28,559 bases of DNA from a virus (IMGVR_UViG_3300010281_000004:1-28559); one strand, 5' to 3'; positions 8,025 through 17,752 are shown, numbered from the stretch's first letter. The notes: a model not told the origin generated them from the sequence alone. Made by a program: numbers and translations.

Positions 8025-11000
8025 TTGAGTGAATCTATAAGAAAAGTCAGTACTATATTCACTATAGATGATAACGAACATAATAAAAAGCTTAAAGAAA
8101 TTAATTCACAGTACAAGCTTACTCAAAGTGAAATTAAATTAGCAGGTGAAAGACTTAAGGGTTTTGGTAAAAATTCAGATGATTTAAAATATAAGCAAGA
8201 AGCATTAGCAAAGCAAACTGAAACTCTTAAAGATAAAATTAATCTATATAGAGATAGCATTGAAAAAGCTAGTACCAGGGCAAATGAAAACAATAAAAAG
8301 CTTCAAGAATTGAAAACTACTAAACAAGCTTTACAAACTGAATATAAAAATGCTGTTAAAGCGTATGGAGAAGAATCAGAAGAAGCTAAAAAGCTAAAGG
8401 ATCAATTAGATAAAGTTAATCAGGAATACGCAGAACAAAAAGCGGTAGTAGAAAAGAATATAAACACTGTAAATAATCATAAAACTAAGCTTAATGAAAC
8501 TGAAGCTCAACTTGCTAAAGTTAAAGGAGAATTACAGAAAACAACTACAGAATTAGAAAAGCAAAATTCTAAATGGATACAAGCTGGAGAAAGTCTTAAA
8601 AAAGCTGGAGATAATATATCTAACTTTGGAGAAAAAGCAAGCAAAGTAGGAAGTACATTAACTAAAACAGTAACATTACCTATTGTAGCAGTAGGAACTG
8701 CAGCAGTAAAGTCGGCTATTGACTTTGAAAGTGCATTTGCCGGGGTAAAAAAGACAGTAGATGGAACAGAAGAAGATTTCAAAAAGCTTGAAGAAGGAAT
8801 TAAACAAATGTCTAAGGAACTCCCTTCAAGTGCAGAAGATATTGCAGCAGTTGCAGAAAGTGCAGGACAATTAGGAATACAGACAGATAATGTTTTAGAG
8901 TTTACAAGGACTATAATAGACTTAGGCAATGCAACGAACTTAGTTGGAGAAGAAGGAGCAAGCCAACTCGCTAAGTTTGCTAACATTACTCAAATGTCAC
9001 AAAAGAATTTTGATAGGCTTGGATCAACTATAGTTGCATTAGGGAATAATATGGCTACAACAGAAGCAGATATTGTTTCTATGGCTATGAGATTAGCAGG
9101 GGCTGGTAAGCAAGTAGGAATGACAGAATCGGATATTATGTCTTTTGCAGCAGCTTTAAGTTCTGTAGGGATTGAAGCTGAAGCAGGTGGTTCAGCATTC
9201 TCAAAAGTAATGCTTAACATCCAAAGTGAAATACAGACTGGTGGCGAAAAGGTTGCTGCCTTTGCAAAAGTAGCAGGTATGTCAGCAGACGAATTTGCTA
9301 CAAAATTTCAAAAAGACGCAACTGGAGCTTTAATTGCTTTCATTGAAGGCTTGGGAAGGTTAGATGATAAGGCAGTTGTGCTGGATGAATTAGGATTATC
9401 TGAAATAAGAGTAAGGGATGCACTTTTAAGAGCAAGTAGCGCTGGAGATTTATTCGCTAAGTCTATAGAAATAGGAAGTAATGCTTGGAAAGAAAATACC
9501 GCCCTTACTAACGAAGCAAATCAAAGATATGCCACTACAGAAAGTCAAATCAAAATACTAAAAAATGAAATAATGGATATGGCTAGAGAAATAGGAGTTC
9601 AATTACTTCCTATAGTAAAAGACGGACTTGTGGTGGTAAAGGACTTGATACAAAAGTTCAATGAGCTAAGTCCGGCAACAAAAGAAAATATTATAAAATT
9701 TGCTGGATTAGCAGCGGTTGCAGGTCCGGTTGTAGGAACAGTAGGAAAGTTAGCACAAGGTTTTGGAAGTGTTTTGAAAGTAGCTGGAAAGTTTTCAACA
9801 GGTTTAGGAGTTGCAGAAGTGGCGACTGCGGGAGTTGGAACTGCAGCAGCAACTGCAGGGGGAACTGCAGGGATAGCAGGATTAGCAACATCTTTAGGTG
9901 GAGTTGTAGTTGCAGCAGCACCATATATTGCAGCAGGTGCAGCAATAGCTGGAGCAGGATATGCGATATATAAAGGACTTAATAAAGAAGTTATTCCAGA
10001 GGTGGACCTTTTTGCAGATAAAATAGAGTATGCAGCACAGACAATGGATACTAGTGGTACTTATATGGCTAATAGTGCACAAGCTACAGTAACTAAAATA
10101 AGCGAAGCAACTAAAACTGCAGTTGGAGCATATGTTGAGTTAGACGATTCAGCGAAGAATGAAATGCAAAGTTTGTATCTTAATTCAACTGTAATTTCAG
10201 ATCAAATAAAGAATGATATGACAAGTAAATTCAATGAAATGAGTACTCAAATTGTTTCAGGATATGAAAAACAAAAAACTGATAGTATAGCTCAATTACA
10301 AGATATGTTTACTACTCAAAGTACTTTAACAGCAGAGGAGCAGGCTAATATTATCAATAAAACAGGAACATTCTACGAAGATAGAAAAACTCAAACACAG
10401 GAATATGAAAATAGCATTAATCAGATAATGAATACAGCAAGTCAAGAAAAAAGAGCATTGACTGAAGATGAAACAAAGCAAATAACAGCTCTTCAAAATA
10501 TGATGAGAGATAATGCTGTTAAAGCTTTGTCAGAAAATGAAGTAGAAGCTCAAATAATACTTCAAAGAATGAAAGATTATGATACAAGAATAACTGCAGA
10601 GCAAGCATCAGAACACATAAAACAACTAAATGACAGCAGAGACGAAGCTGTAAGAATAGCTAATGAAGAATATGAGGAAAGATTAGCAACAATTATTAGA
10701 TTAAGAGATGAAACTGGAGCAATTTCTGCAGAGCAAGCGGATAAAATGATAGAAGATGCGAAAAGACAAAGAGATGGAATAGTTGAAAAAGCAGAAGAAA
10801 CAAGAAAACAGGCGGTAGATAAAATATTTTACATGAACAAAGATATAAGGGATGATGTCGATTATTCTACAGGTGAGATAGTGGGCTTTTGGCAAAAGAT
10901 GTTTGGAACCTGGGATAGGTGGAAACCGGAAACCAAGTATATGAAAACTGTAACTTATACAGAAAGAATGAGCGGAAATGTTGTTGGTAATGCTCTAGGT

Positions 11001-11303
11001 ACAAGTTACTTCCAAGGTGGATTAACTGCTATAAACGAAAGAGGATATGAAGTTGTAGAATTGCCTAGAGGAGCTAAAATAAAAAATCATCTTCAATCTG
11101 AAAATATGATAAAAGATACTGCAATACAAACTGCTAAGGCTATAGCAGGATTAATAAATAATGATAATTCTAATAATATAGAACTACATGTATATCTAGG
11201 AGATAAAGAAATTATAGATAAAACTACTAAACAAGTGGTTAAATCTGTAGGAAGAAGTACTAATAATTATAGAAAAGGTAAAGGAGGATTAGGCTATGTA
11301 TAA
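8025..11303 (+). CDS. Tail tape measure protein (TP901-like core)
   Basis: 1092 aa; coiled-coil N-terminus, FESAFAGVKKT, AEAGGSAFSKV, Ala/Gly hydrophobic segment, C-terminal ALGTSYFQGG..INERGYE; TTG start after AGGAGGTG. Confidence 0.95.
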   Translation: MSESIRKVSTIFTIDDNEHNKKLKEINSQYKLTQSEIKLAGERLKGFGKNSDDLKYKQEALAKQTETLKDKINLYRDSIEKASTRANENNKKLQELKTTKQALQTEYKNAVKAYGEESEEAKKLKDQLDKVNQEYAEQKAVVEKNINTVNNHKTKLNETEAQLAKVKGELQKTTTELEKQNSKWIQAGESLKKAGDNISNFGEKASKVGSTLTKTVTLPIVAVGTAAVKSAIDFESAFAGVKKTVDGTEEDFKKLEEGIKQMSKELPSSAEDIAAVAESAGQLGIQTDNVLEFTRTIIDLGNATNLVGEEGASQLAKFANITQMSQKNFDRLGSTIVALGNNMATTEADIVSMAMRLAGAGKQVGMTESDIMSFAAALSSVGIEAEAGGSAFSKVMLNIQSEIQTGGEKVAAFAKVAGMSADEFATKFQKDATGALIAFIEGLGRLDDKAVVLDELGLSEIRVRDALLRASSAGDLFAKSIEIGSNAWKENTALTNEANQRYATTESQIKILKNEIMDMAREIGVQLLPIVKDGLVVVKDLIQKFNELSPATKENIIKFAGLAAVAGPVVGTVGKLAQGFGSVLKVAGKFSTGLGVAEVATAGVGTAAATAGGTAGIAGLATSLGGVVVAAAPYIAAGAAIAGAGYAIYKGLNKEVIPEVDLFADKIEYAAQTMDTSGTYMANSAQATVTKISEATKTAVGAYVELDDSAKNEMQSLYLNSTVISDQIKNDMTSKFNEMSTQIVSGYEKQKTDSIAQLQDMFTTQSTLTAEEQANIINKTGTFYEDRKTQTQEYENSINQIMNTASQEKRALTEDETKQITALQNMMRDNAVKALSENEVEAQIILQRMKDYDTRITAEQASEHIKQLNDSRDEAVRIANEEYEERLATIIRLRDETGAISAEQADKMIEDAKRQRDGIVEKAEETRKQAVDKIFYMNKDIRDDVDYSTGEIVGFWQKMFGTWDRWKPETKYMKTVTYTERMSGNVVGNALGTSYFQGGLTAINERGYEVVELPRGAKIKNHLQSENMIKDTAIQTAKAIAGLINNDNSNNIELHVYLGDKEIIDKTTKQVVKSVGRSTNNYRKGKGGLGYV

Positions 11304-11991
11304 AAGATATTTTATAATTTATAATGAAAAAACAAATTTAGACGTTAATTTATTAGTGGCAACTAGACCTTCTAAGCCTTCTCCAGTAATGCAATATGAA
11401 GAAGTTAAAGTACCAGGAGGGAAGACTTTATATAGAGAAAAGGGATATAAAGATATAGATATACATGTATCTTTCAATTTTGTTTCTAAAAGTCCTGAAA
11501 GATGGGATAAAGACTTTAGAAATATAAAGAATTGGATATTAAGAAATAAAAATAATAAGTTAAAATTTAGTGATGATCTAGAAGTATATTATAAAGTTAA
11601 TAAAGTAAGTATAGAAACGCCTGAAAGAGTTATGAAGAAACTAGGGAAATTTACCGCTATATTTACATGCGAACCATACACTTATATAGATGAAAATGAA
11701 AGAGAGTTAGGTAAACAATTATATAATAATTACTTACTTTCAAAACCTATATATAGAATTGTAGGAGAAGGGTATTTAACTCTTAATATAAACAATAAAG
11801 TTATTAAGGCTAATATAGGACAAGAATTAATAATAGATACAGATAAAGGCCTATGTTATAGAAATGGAATAGTTAATAATGTAGCCTTACAGGGCAGATA
11901 CGAGGATTTGTTTTTACAAGAAGGAGAAAATACATTTAGTTGGACAAGTGGCTTTAAAATCTATATAACACCTAATTGGAGGTGCTTATAA
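11296..11991 (+). CDS. Distal tail protein (Dit)
   Basis: VKVPGG, LKFSDD..VYY, FTCEPY and ITPNWRCL motifs; follows TMP. Confidence 0.88.
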   Translation: MYKRYFIIYNEKTNLDVNLLVATRPSKPSPVMQYEEVKVPGGKTLYREKGYKDIDIHVSFNFVSKSPERWDKDFRNIKNWILRNKNNKLKFSDDLEVYYKVNKVSIETPERVMKKLGKFTAIFTCEPYTYIDENERELGKQLYNNYLLSKPIYRIVGEGYLTLNINNKVIKANIGQELIIDTDKGLCYRNGIVNNVALQGRYEDLFLQEGENTFSWTSGFKIYITPNWRCL

Positions 11992-13964
11992 TGATAGAGA
12001 TATATCTTAAAACTAATACTAATTATGATAAAAATGGAGATATAACATTAGATCCTACTTCATGTACTTATAAAGATAGCGAGAATGAATTAACTTTAGA
12101 ACACTCTATAGATGATGATGGAAGATGGAAGTATATTGACTTTGAAAATGTAATAGCAGCAGAGGAAACCGGAAAGAAAAAACTTTATAGAATATATAAT
12201 GTAGTCAGGTCTTTGTATAGTGTAACAGCTTATGCAAGGCCTATATTTTTTGACTTAATAGATAAGGTTCTTCTAGATGTAAGACCTACTAATAAACTAG
12301 GGCAAGAAGCGCTAAATATAATTTTAGCTGATACACCATTCACAGGGCATAGCAACTTAACAACTTTAAGTACTGCTTATTATATTAGAAAAAATATTGT
12401 AGAAGCACTTTTAGGAGATGATGAAAACTCTTTTATAAACAGATGGGGAGGAGAATTCTATTGTGAGAACTTTGACGTCTATATAAATGATATGATAGGT
12501 TCCGACAATGGTGTAAGAGTAGAATTTGGATATAATCTTAATGAAATAGAAGAAGATATAAATATAGAAAATGTAGTTACTAGAATAATTCCAGTTGGGT
12601 TTAACGGTATTACACTTGAAGGTAATGCTCCCTGGGTAGATAGTCCATTAATAAATAAATATACTAAGCCTAAAATGAGAGTTATAAACTTTTCAGATGT
12701 TAAGGTTAAAGAAAATGCAGATGATGAAGAAGGATTTAACACTATCCAAGAAGCTAGAGAGGAACTTATAAGAAGATGTAATGAGTTGTTTGAAAAAGGA
12801 ATAGATAAGCCTACTGTAAATTATAAAATTGATATGATTAATTTAGCCAATACTACTGCTTATGAAGATTTTAAAATGCTTGTAGATGTAAACAAAGGAG
12901 ATACAGTAACTTGCTATATTCCACACTTAGATATAGATGTTAAAGCTAGAGTTATAGATTATGAAAAAGATTTATTAACAGGAGAATATATATCTATAGA
13001 ATTAGGAAATGCAGTAGATAATTTCTTTAATAAACAAGCTGATATACAAGCTACAGTTAATAAAATAACTAATTCTAATGGGACTGTTAAAGCAGGAGAA
13101 ATACAGGGAGTTATTAATGCTATTCAAACTCAATTTAAGGCTCTTAGGGATATAGCTCAACCGCAAGAGGTTAGAGCAATATTGTTCGAGGATAGAGTAG
13201 AAGATAGTCCAACTTTTGGATGTATGGCTTTAGGTACTATGGGATTTGAAATAGCAAGTAGTTTTAAACCAGGCACTCAAGAATGGGATTTTAGAACATT
13301 TGGTACTGGAAAAGGGTTCGTAGCTGATTATATAATAACAGGTGTTTTAAATGCAGCACTAATAAAAACAGGTATATTAAAATCGTTAAACGGTAAAACA
13401 TGGATTAACATGGAAGATGGAACATTAAATTTGGCTAATAAAATTACTTTTGATGGAACTGATTTTAGTATTACTTTAAATAATGGTAAAACAGTAGAAG
13501 AAAATGCAACTGATGAAGCTAAAAATAGCGCAAATGTAAAAATAGGTTTTAATGGTATAGATGATAACGTGGTTATTAGCGAAAGTGGATTTGATATTAA
13601 TAACGGACATTTCCGATTAAAAAACGGAAATAATGTTGTGCTTATAGATGGGACACATAATATTCACAAAATTGTGGCAGAAGGAACTACACAAATAAAT
13701 TTTATCGGGGAGGATATAACCGTATCTATTGAGCATGGCTTGGGTTATAAACCAGCTTTTTCTGCATATCAGAACGGTGCAAACGGTACTGACGAATATA
13801 CTAGTTTACCAGCTATTACATGGAGTGATGGAGTGGCTGCTATTATTAGAGCAAGAGCAGATACAAACAAAATATACTTTGACTTCAAAACAAAGAGTGA
13901 TTATACAATGCCGAATGTTACTATTTATATTAAATACTTCATTTACAAGGAGGTGGCTTTCTAA
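11991..13964 (+). CDS. Tal / tail spike (prophage tail endopeptidase family)
   Basis: ATG 11991 after GGAGGTG, overlapping the Dit stop; SFINRWGGE, VVTRIIPVG, WDFRTFGTGKGFVADYIITG motifs. Confidence 0.88.
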   Translation: MIEIYLKTNTNYDKNGDITLDPTSCTYKDSENELTLEHSIDDDGRWKYIDFENVIAAEETGKKKLYRIYNVVRSLYSVTAYARPIFFDLIDKVLLDVRPTNKLGQEALNIILADTPFTGHSNLTTLSTAYYIRKNIVEALLGDDENSFINRWGGEFYCENFDVYINDMIGSDNGVRVEFGYNLNEIEEDINIENVVTRIIPVGFNGITLEGNAPWVDSPLINKYTKPKMRVINFSDVKVKENADDEEGFNTIQEAREELIRRCNELFEKGIDKPTVNYKIDMINLANTTAYEDFKMLVDVNKGDTVTCYIPHLDIDVKARVIDYEKDLLTGEYISIELGNAVDNFFNKQADIQATVNKITNSNGTVKAGEIQGVINAIQTQFKALRDIAQPQEVRAILFEDRVEDSPTFGCMALGTMGFEIASSFKPGTQEWDFRTFGTGKGFVADYIITGVLNAALIKTGILKSLNGKTWINMEDGTLNLANKITFDGTDFSITLNNGKTVEENATDEAKNSANVKIGFNGIDDNVVISESGFDINNGHFRLKNGNNVVLIDGTHNIHKIVAEGTTQINFIGEDITVSIEHGLGYKPAFSAYQNGANGTDEYTSLPAITWSDGVAAIIRARADTNKIYFDFKTKSDYTMPNVTIYIKYFIYKEVAF

Positions 13965-14194
13965 TGGTAGTGTTTTATGACATAGATACTAAAGAAATAA
14001 AAAGAACAGAAGACAACACAATGATTCCGGTTCTCCCGGCTAACATGGAATTAGAAGAAAAGCGAGAATATTATAAGAATCTGAATGAAAATTTTATAAG
14101 CCTTCCATACGAAATAGGAGCATCCATATTTGGATATAATCTATGTTTTGATACGAAAGGTAATTTTATAGGCATACAACCAAAGGAGGTATAA
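13964..14194 (+). CDS. Small tail-associated hypothetical protein
   Basis: AGGAGGTG RBS; TAATG coupling to Tal; 76 aa. Confidence 0.7.
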   Translation: MVVFYDIDTKEIKRTEDNTMIPVLPANMELEEKREYYKNLNENFISLPYEIGASIFGYNLCFDTKGNFIGIQPKEV

Positions 14195-14195
14195 T

Positions 14196-16310
14196 ATGGC
14201 AAGTAAAATAGTAATTAATTTAGATACTTCTAAAGAGAGTTACATGCCAGCTAAATGTAAACAGAATGATGATTTAACTTTAGAAGCAAGTATATTTGAG
14301 AATGGATTAGAAAAAGATTTAACTAATTGCGAAATAACTATACAAGCTTTAAAGGCAGATAGCACCTATATCATACAAAATACAGATATAACTAAGTTGA
14401 ATAATAAAATTATAGCTAATTTAGATAGGGATTTTACAAGAGCACCAGGAAAAACAGAAATAGAAATAGTTCTAGTAGAAAGTGGTAAACAGAACACCAC
14501 TTTTTCTTTTACGCTTGAAGTAGTTGGAAGTGTAATTAGAGGAGCTGTAGAAAGTTCTAACACTGTAACTATATTAGAGGAATTAGGTAATAAGATAGTT
14601 GAAGCAGGTCAAGTTAGAGATGAAACCGAACATTTAATAGCTACAGGGGGAGCAGCAACCAAGGGAGATATTCAAGAAATTAATTCGCAATTGGAACAAA
14701 AGACGAACCAAACACAAACTGAAAGTATTCAATCTCAAATAAACGGCTTGGTACTTGCAAGTGGTGGAGATAGCAACCTTGAAGTTGTTCAAGCTAGAGT
14801 TGATAATCAAGGTAATTCTTTTCCAACACTTAAAAACAACATAGATAATCTTTCAAATCTATTGTTAAACAATGAATTTAGAATATCATATGGTGATTGG
14901 GTTCAAGGTGCAATTCAAAGTGATGGCTATGAAAATACAGATGTTAAATATATAAGAACTAGCAATTTTCACACTTTTAATGAAATAGTAGAAATAACTC
15001 CTTCTGATGGATTTAATTATAGAATAGCAAAATATAATTTAGATGGTTCTATAATAAGTATAAGTAGTTTTATAACGACTAAAACTATAATAGGTAATGA
15101 TAATACAGTTAAGTATAAATTTACTATAGGAAAAGTTGACGGAAGTAATATCGTTGTAGGTGAAAGTGGTTCGCTTATAATGAAAGTAGAGAGAAATATA
15201 AAATACAATGAAAATGGAGCAAGTTTTATCAATGTAAGTAAAAATCTAGTTGATAATAAAAATATGAAATTAAATACAGTGATAAATGCAACAACTGGGT
15301 TAGAGGAAAGTAACTCAAGGTATGCCTGTACTGATTTTATACCTTATAAATTACATCAAGAATTGTATGTTAGTAGATACAGAAATTATGTTATGTATGA
15401 CGGAAATAAAAACAAAATACTTGTTAATACAACTGAAACTACAACTAAATCATTAATAAAAATTACTTCATCATCATTAATCGATGTTGCCTATGTAAGA
15501 TTTAGTGTTTATAAAGAAGACGCAGATACAACGATAGCAAGTTACACAGACTATACTGAACAAGATGAGTATGGATTATGGATAGATAAATTAAGACTAA
15601 ATAGAAAAAACATCGGTTATGATATGAAAAACTATTTAGATGATTTAATACACAGTATATCAGCAAGTATAAACAATCCGTTATTAAATAAAAAAATACT
15701 AAATTTTGGTGATAGTATAAGTGCAGGTGATGGTAATAATGGTGTTGGCGTTGCAGAACTAATAGCAAGTAGAAATAATATGACAGTTTATGATTATGCT
15801 GTTGGTGGTGCTACTGTAACTGAAATAACTGTTGGTGGTAATAATATAATTACTAAAATAAATCAAGCTATAACTAATGGGGTAGTATGTGATTACATTA
15901 TATTCAATGGATTAACTAATGACATTAATGGTGGAGCAGTTCAGCCTTTAGGTGTAATTACAAGCGGTTATTCAGATACTTTAGATAAAACCACATTTTG
16001 TGGTGCATTTGAATATATTTGCAAAACCTTAAAAACTCAATGGCTAGGTGCTAAAATACTTTATTTTAGACCACATAATATGAGTAGCCGAAATCTAAAC
16101 AATCAAAAGATATATGGTGAAAAGGCTAAAGAAATATGCAAAAAATGGGGGATACCTATAGTTGATTTGTTTGAAGAAGGTGGCTTAAATACTAATATAC
16201 TTGAAATGAAAAACACATATACAAACAATGCAGATGGAACTCACCCTAATGAATTAGGATATTTAACTTATTATGTTCCTCAAATTGAAAATAAGTTAAA
16301 AACACTTTAA
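14196..16310 (+). CDS. BppU-like baseplate upper protein fused to variable receptor-binding region and C-terminal SGNH/GDSL hydrolase
   Basis: N-terminal CKQND..TL and TTFSF.LEV (BppU_N-like); C-terminal FGDSIS, AVGGAT, GLTND and DGTHPNELGY SGNH blocks. Confidence 0.85.
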   Translation: MASKIVINLDTSKESYMPAKCKQNDDLTLEASIFENGLEKDLTNCEITIQALKADSTYIIQNTDITKLNNKIIANLDRDFTRAPGKTEIEIVLVESGKQNTTFSFTLEVVGSVIRGAVESSNTVTILEELGNKIVEAGQVRDETEHLIATGGAATKGDIQEINSQLEQKTNQTQTESIQSQINGLVLASGGDSNLEVVQARVDNQGNSFPTLKNNIDNLSNLLLNNEFRISYGDWVQGAIQSDGYENTDVKYIRTSNFHTFNEIVEITPSDGFNYRIAKYNLDGSIISISSFITTKTIIGNDNTVKYKFTIGKVDGSNIVVGESGSLIMKVERNIKYNENGASFINVSKNLVDNKNMKLNTVINATTGLEESNSRYACTDFIPYKLHQELYVSRYRNYVMYDGNKNKILVNTTETTTKSLIKITSSSLIDVAYVRFSVYKEDADTTIASYTDYTEQDEYGLWIDKLRLNRKNIGYDMKNYLDDLIHSISASINNPLLNKKILNFGDSISAGDGNNGVGVAELIASRNNMTVYDYAVGGATVTEITVGGNNIITKINQAITNGVVCDYIIFNGLTNDINGGAVQPLGVITSGYSDTLDKTTFCGAFEYICKTLKTQWLGAKILYFRPHNMSSRNLNNQKIYGEKAKEICKKWGIPIVDLFEEGGLNTNILEMKNTYTNNADGTHPNELGYLTYYVPQIENKLKTL
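14680..14711 (+). repeat. Dyad site A, TTCG-N16-CGAA, inside the bppU gene
   Basis: TTAATTCGCAATTGGAACAAAAGACGAACCAA; 19/32 identical to 16307-16338. Confidence 0.5.
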
Positions 16311-16338
16311 TTCGTCTTTGATTTATATTGCGCACTAA
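16307..16338 (+). repeat. Dyad site B, TTCG-N16-CGCA, at the bppU stop; degenerate direct repeat of site A
   Basis: TTAATTCGTCTTTGATTTATATTGCGCACTAA; reads NSSLIYIAH* in the register of NSQLEQKTNQ. Confidence 0.5.
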
Positions 16339-16370
16339 ATCTATAAAGAATAAATACGAATGATTACCTT

Positions 16371-16398
16371 AAAGGGCTTACGGAATGTAGGCTCTTTT
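16371..16398 (+). terminator. Intrinsic terminator after tail module
   Basis: AGGGCTTAC-ggaat-GTAGGCTCT followed by TTT. Confidence 0.55.
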
Positions 16399-16444
16399 CT
16401 ATTTACAAAGGATGGAGAAATATTGTAAATGAGGAGATGTAAAA

Positions 16445-16864
16445 ATGGATAAAGAAAACATAATTAAAACAATTATTGCAACTGTAGGAACAGGCTTTAC
16501 TTGGCTCTTTGGAGTTTGGGATACAGCCTTAGGAGTGCTTATAGGATTTATGGTGCTAGATTACTGTACAGGACTTCTTAGAGGATATATCAACAAGGAA
16601 TTATCCTCAGATATAGGGCTTAGAGGAATAGCAAGAAAGTGTGTTATCTTTGTGGTTCTTATAGTTGCTGTACTGCTAGATAGGTTGCTTAATACAGGTA
16701 ATTGGGTGTTTAGAACGCTTGTATGTTATTTCTACATAGCAAACGAAGGTATTAGCCTTTTAGAGAATTGCGCAAGTTTGGGGCTTCCGATACCAACTAA
16801 ATTAAAAGATGCACTTGCACAGCTTAAAGAGGGTGAGAAAAAAGGAATTAAGGAGCAAGAGTAA
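16445..16864 (+). CDS. Holin (toxin secretion/phage lysis holin family)
   Basis: Hydrophobic helices; LDYCTG, SSDIGLRGIARK and YIANEGISLLEN...GLPIP motifs; precedes lysin. Confidence 0.93.
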   Translation: MDKENIIKTIIATVGTGFTWLFGVWDTALGVLIGFMVLDYCTGLLRGYINKELSSDIGLRGIARKCVIFVVLIVAVLLDRLLNTGNWVFRTLVCYFYIANEGISLLENCASLGLPIPTKLKDALAQLKEGEKKGIKEQE

Positions 16865-16877
16865 TCTTGCTTCTTTT
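16850..16877 (+). terminator. Hairpin between holin and endolysin
   Basis: AGGAGCAAGA-gtaa-TCTTGCTTCT followed by TTT. Confidence 0.5.
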
Positions 16878-16900
16878 ATTTTTAGAAAGGAGAGGATATT

Positions 16901-17659
16901 TTGAAAATAGCTGTAAGAGCAGGTCATAACTTCAAAGCAACTGGAGCAGTAGGGCTTATAGATGAAACTACTGAAGATAGGAAAGTAAAAGATGCTGTAA
17001 TTAAATACTTAAAACAATTAGGGCATGAAGTTTTGGATTGCACACCAGGAGATATGAACGCTAATGAAGATTTATCCTATGGAGTTGCTAAAGCAAATTC
17101 TTGGGGAGCAGATTTGTTTATATCTATACATTTTAATAAGGCTTATAACTCTTATAATGGAGCTATAGGAACTGAAACTTGGGTATATAGCAAAACTGAT
17201 AAGTTCAATGATGAAGTTTATGCTCAAAGAATTGTAAATAATATTTCAGCTTTAGGATTTAAAAATAGAAGTGTAAAAGAAAACAAGGAACTATACGAAC
17301 TTAAAAATACTAAAATGCCAGCGGTAATTGTAGAAGTATGTTTTGTAGAAGCTACAGAAGATGTTGCATTATATAAGAAGTTGGGACCAGATACAATTGG
17401 AAAAGCAATAGCAGAAGCTATAGCTAATAAAAAAATAGAAAAAAAAGAGGTGTATGATATGAAAAAATTAGTTGTTTATTATGGAGATGCAGATTTATTT
17501 GGAGCTGTTATGGTAGCTCAAAAAAATAGGTGTCCACTTATGAAATTAAGTGATTATCAAGCAAGTGGATTAAAGGTAGAACAAGTAATACAAATAGGTG
17601 GTAAAGCAGAAGATAAGGACAGATTTGCAACGTTTAAGAATGCTGCTAAGTTAGTATAA
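16901..17659 (+). CDS. Endolysin, N-acetylmuramoyl-L-alanine amidase (Amidase_3) with CD27L/CTP1L-like C-terminal domain
   Basis: RAGH, DET, FISIHFN and VIVEVCFV zinc-amidase motifs; C-terminal LVVYYGDAD...IQIGG...DRFAT; TTG start after AGGAGAGG. Confidence 0.92.
   Translation: MKIAVRAGHNFKATGAVGLIDETTEDRKVKDAVIKYLKQLGHEVLDCTPGDMNANEDLSYGVAKANSWGADLFISIHFNKAYNSYNGAIGTETWVYSKTDKFNDEVYAQRIVNNISALGFKNRSVKENKELYELKNTKMPAVIVEVCFVEATEDVALYKKLGPDTIGKAIAEAIANKKIEKKEVYDMKKLVVYYGDADLFGAVMVAQKNRCPLMKLSDYQASGLKVEQVIQIGGKAEDKDRFATFKNAAKLV
17459..17659 (+). CDS. Predicted internally initiated endolysin C-terminal domain (66 aa, from Met187)
   Basis: In-frame ATG at 17459 preceded by GAGGTG (17447-17452) at 6-nt spacing, exactly at the domain boundary. 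Confidence 0.7.
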   Translation: MKKLVVYYGDADLFGAVMVAQKNRCPLMKLSDYQASGLKVEQVIQIGGKAEDKDRFATFKNAAKLV

Positions 17660-17663
17660 TTTT

Positions 17664-17710
17664 AAGGCTAGTAGGTAGGAGAAATCTTACTTACTAGCCT
17701 TTATTTTTTT
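17664..17710 (+). terminator. Strong intrinsic terminator ending the late operon
   Basis: AAGGCTAGTAGGTAGGA-gaaa-TCTTACTTACTAGCCTT followed by TATTTTTTT. Confidence 0.9.
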
Positions 17711-17752
17711 ACACATAAATTGATAAAAATAGAAAAAATTGAATAAAAAATA

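Larger units (their letters stand above)
1..17659 (+). mobile_element. Siphovirus (HK97-type head, long non-contractile tail) morphogenesis and lysis module of a Clostridium-like temperate phage; extends beyond the left edge
   Basis: Canonical gene order terS-terL-portal-protease-capsid-neck-tail tube-TAC-TMP-Dit-Tal-BppU-holin-lysin, all on + with overlapping stop/start codons; no sheath gene. Confidence 0.95.

Noticed and set aside
9700-9970. GCA/GGA-rich quasi-repeats in the tape measure gene
   Set aside because: Ordinary Ala/Gly-rich hydrophobic segment of TMPs, not a DNA repeat array
13729-13980. 83-aa alternative-frame ORF inside Tal
   Set aside because: Fully nested, no RBS, no recognisable features
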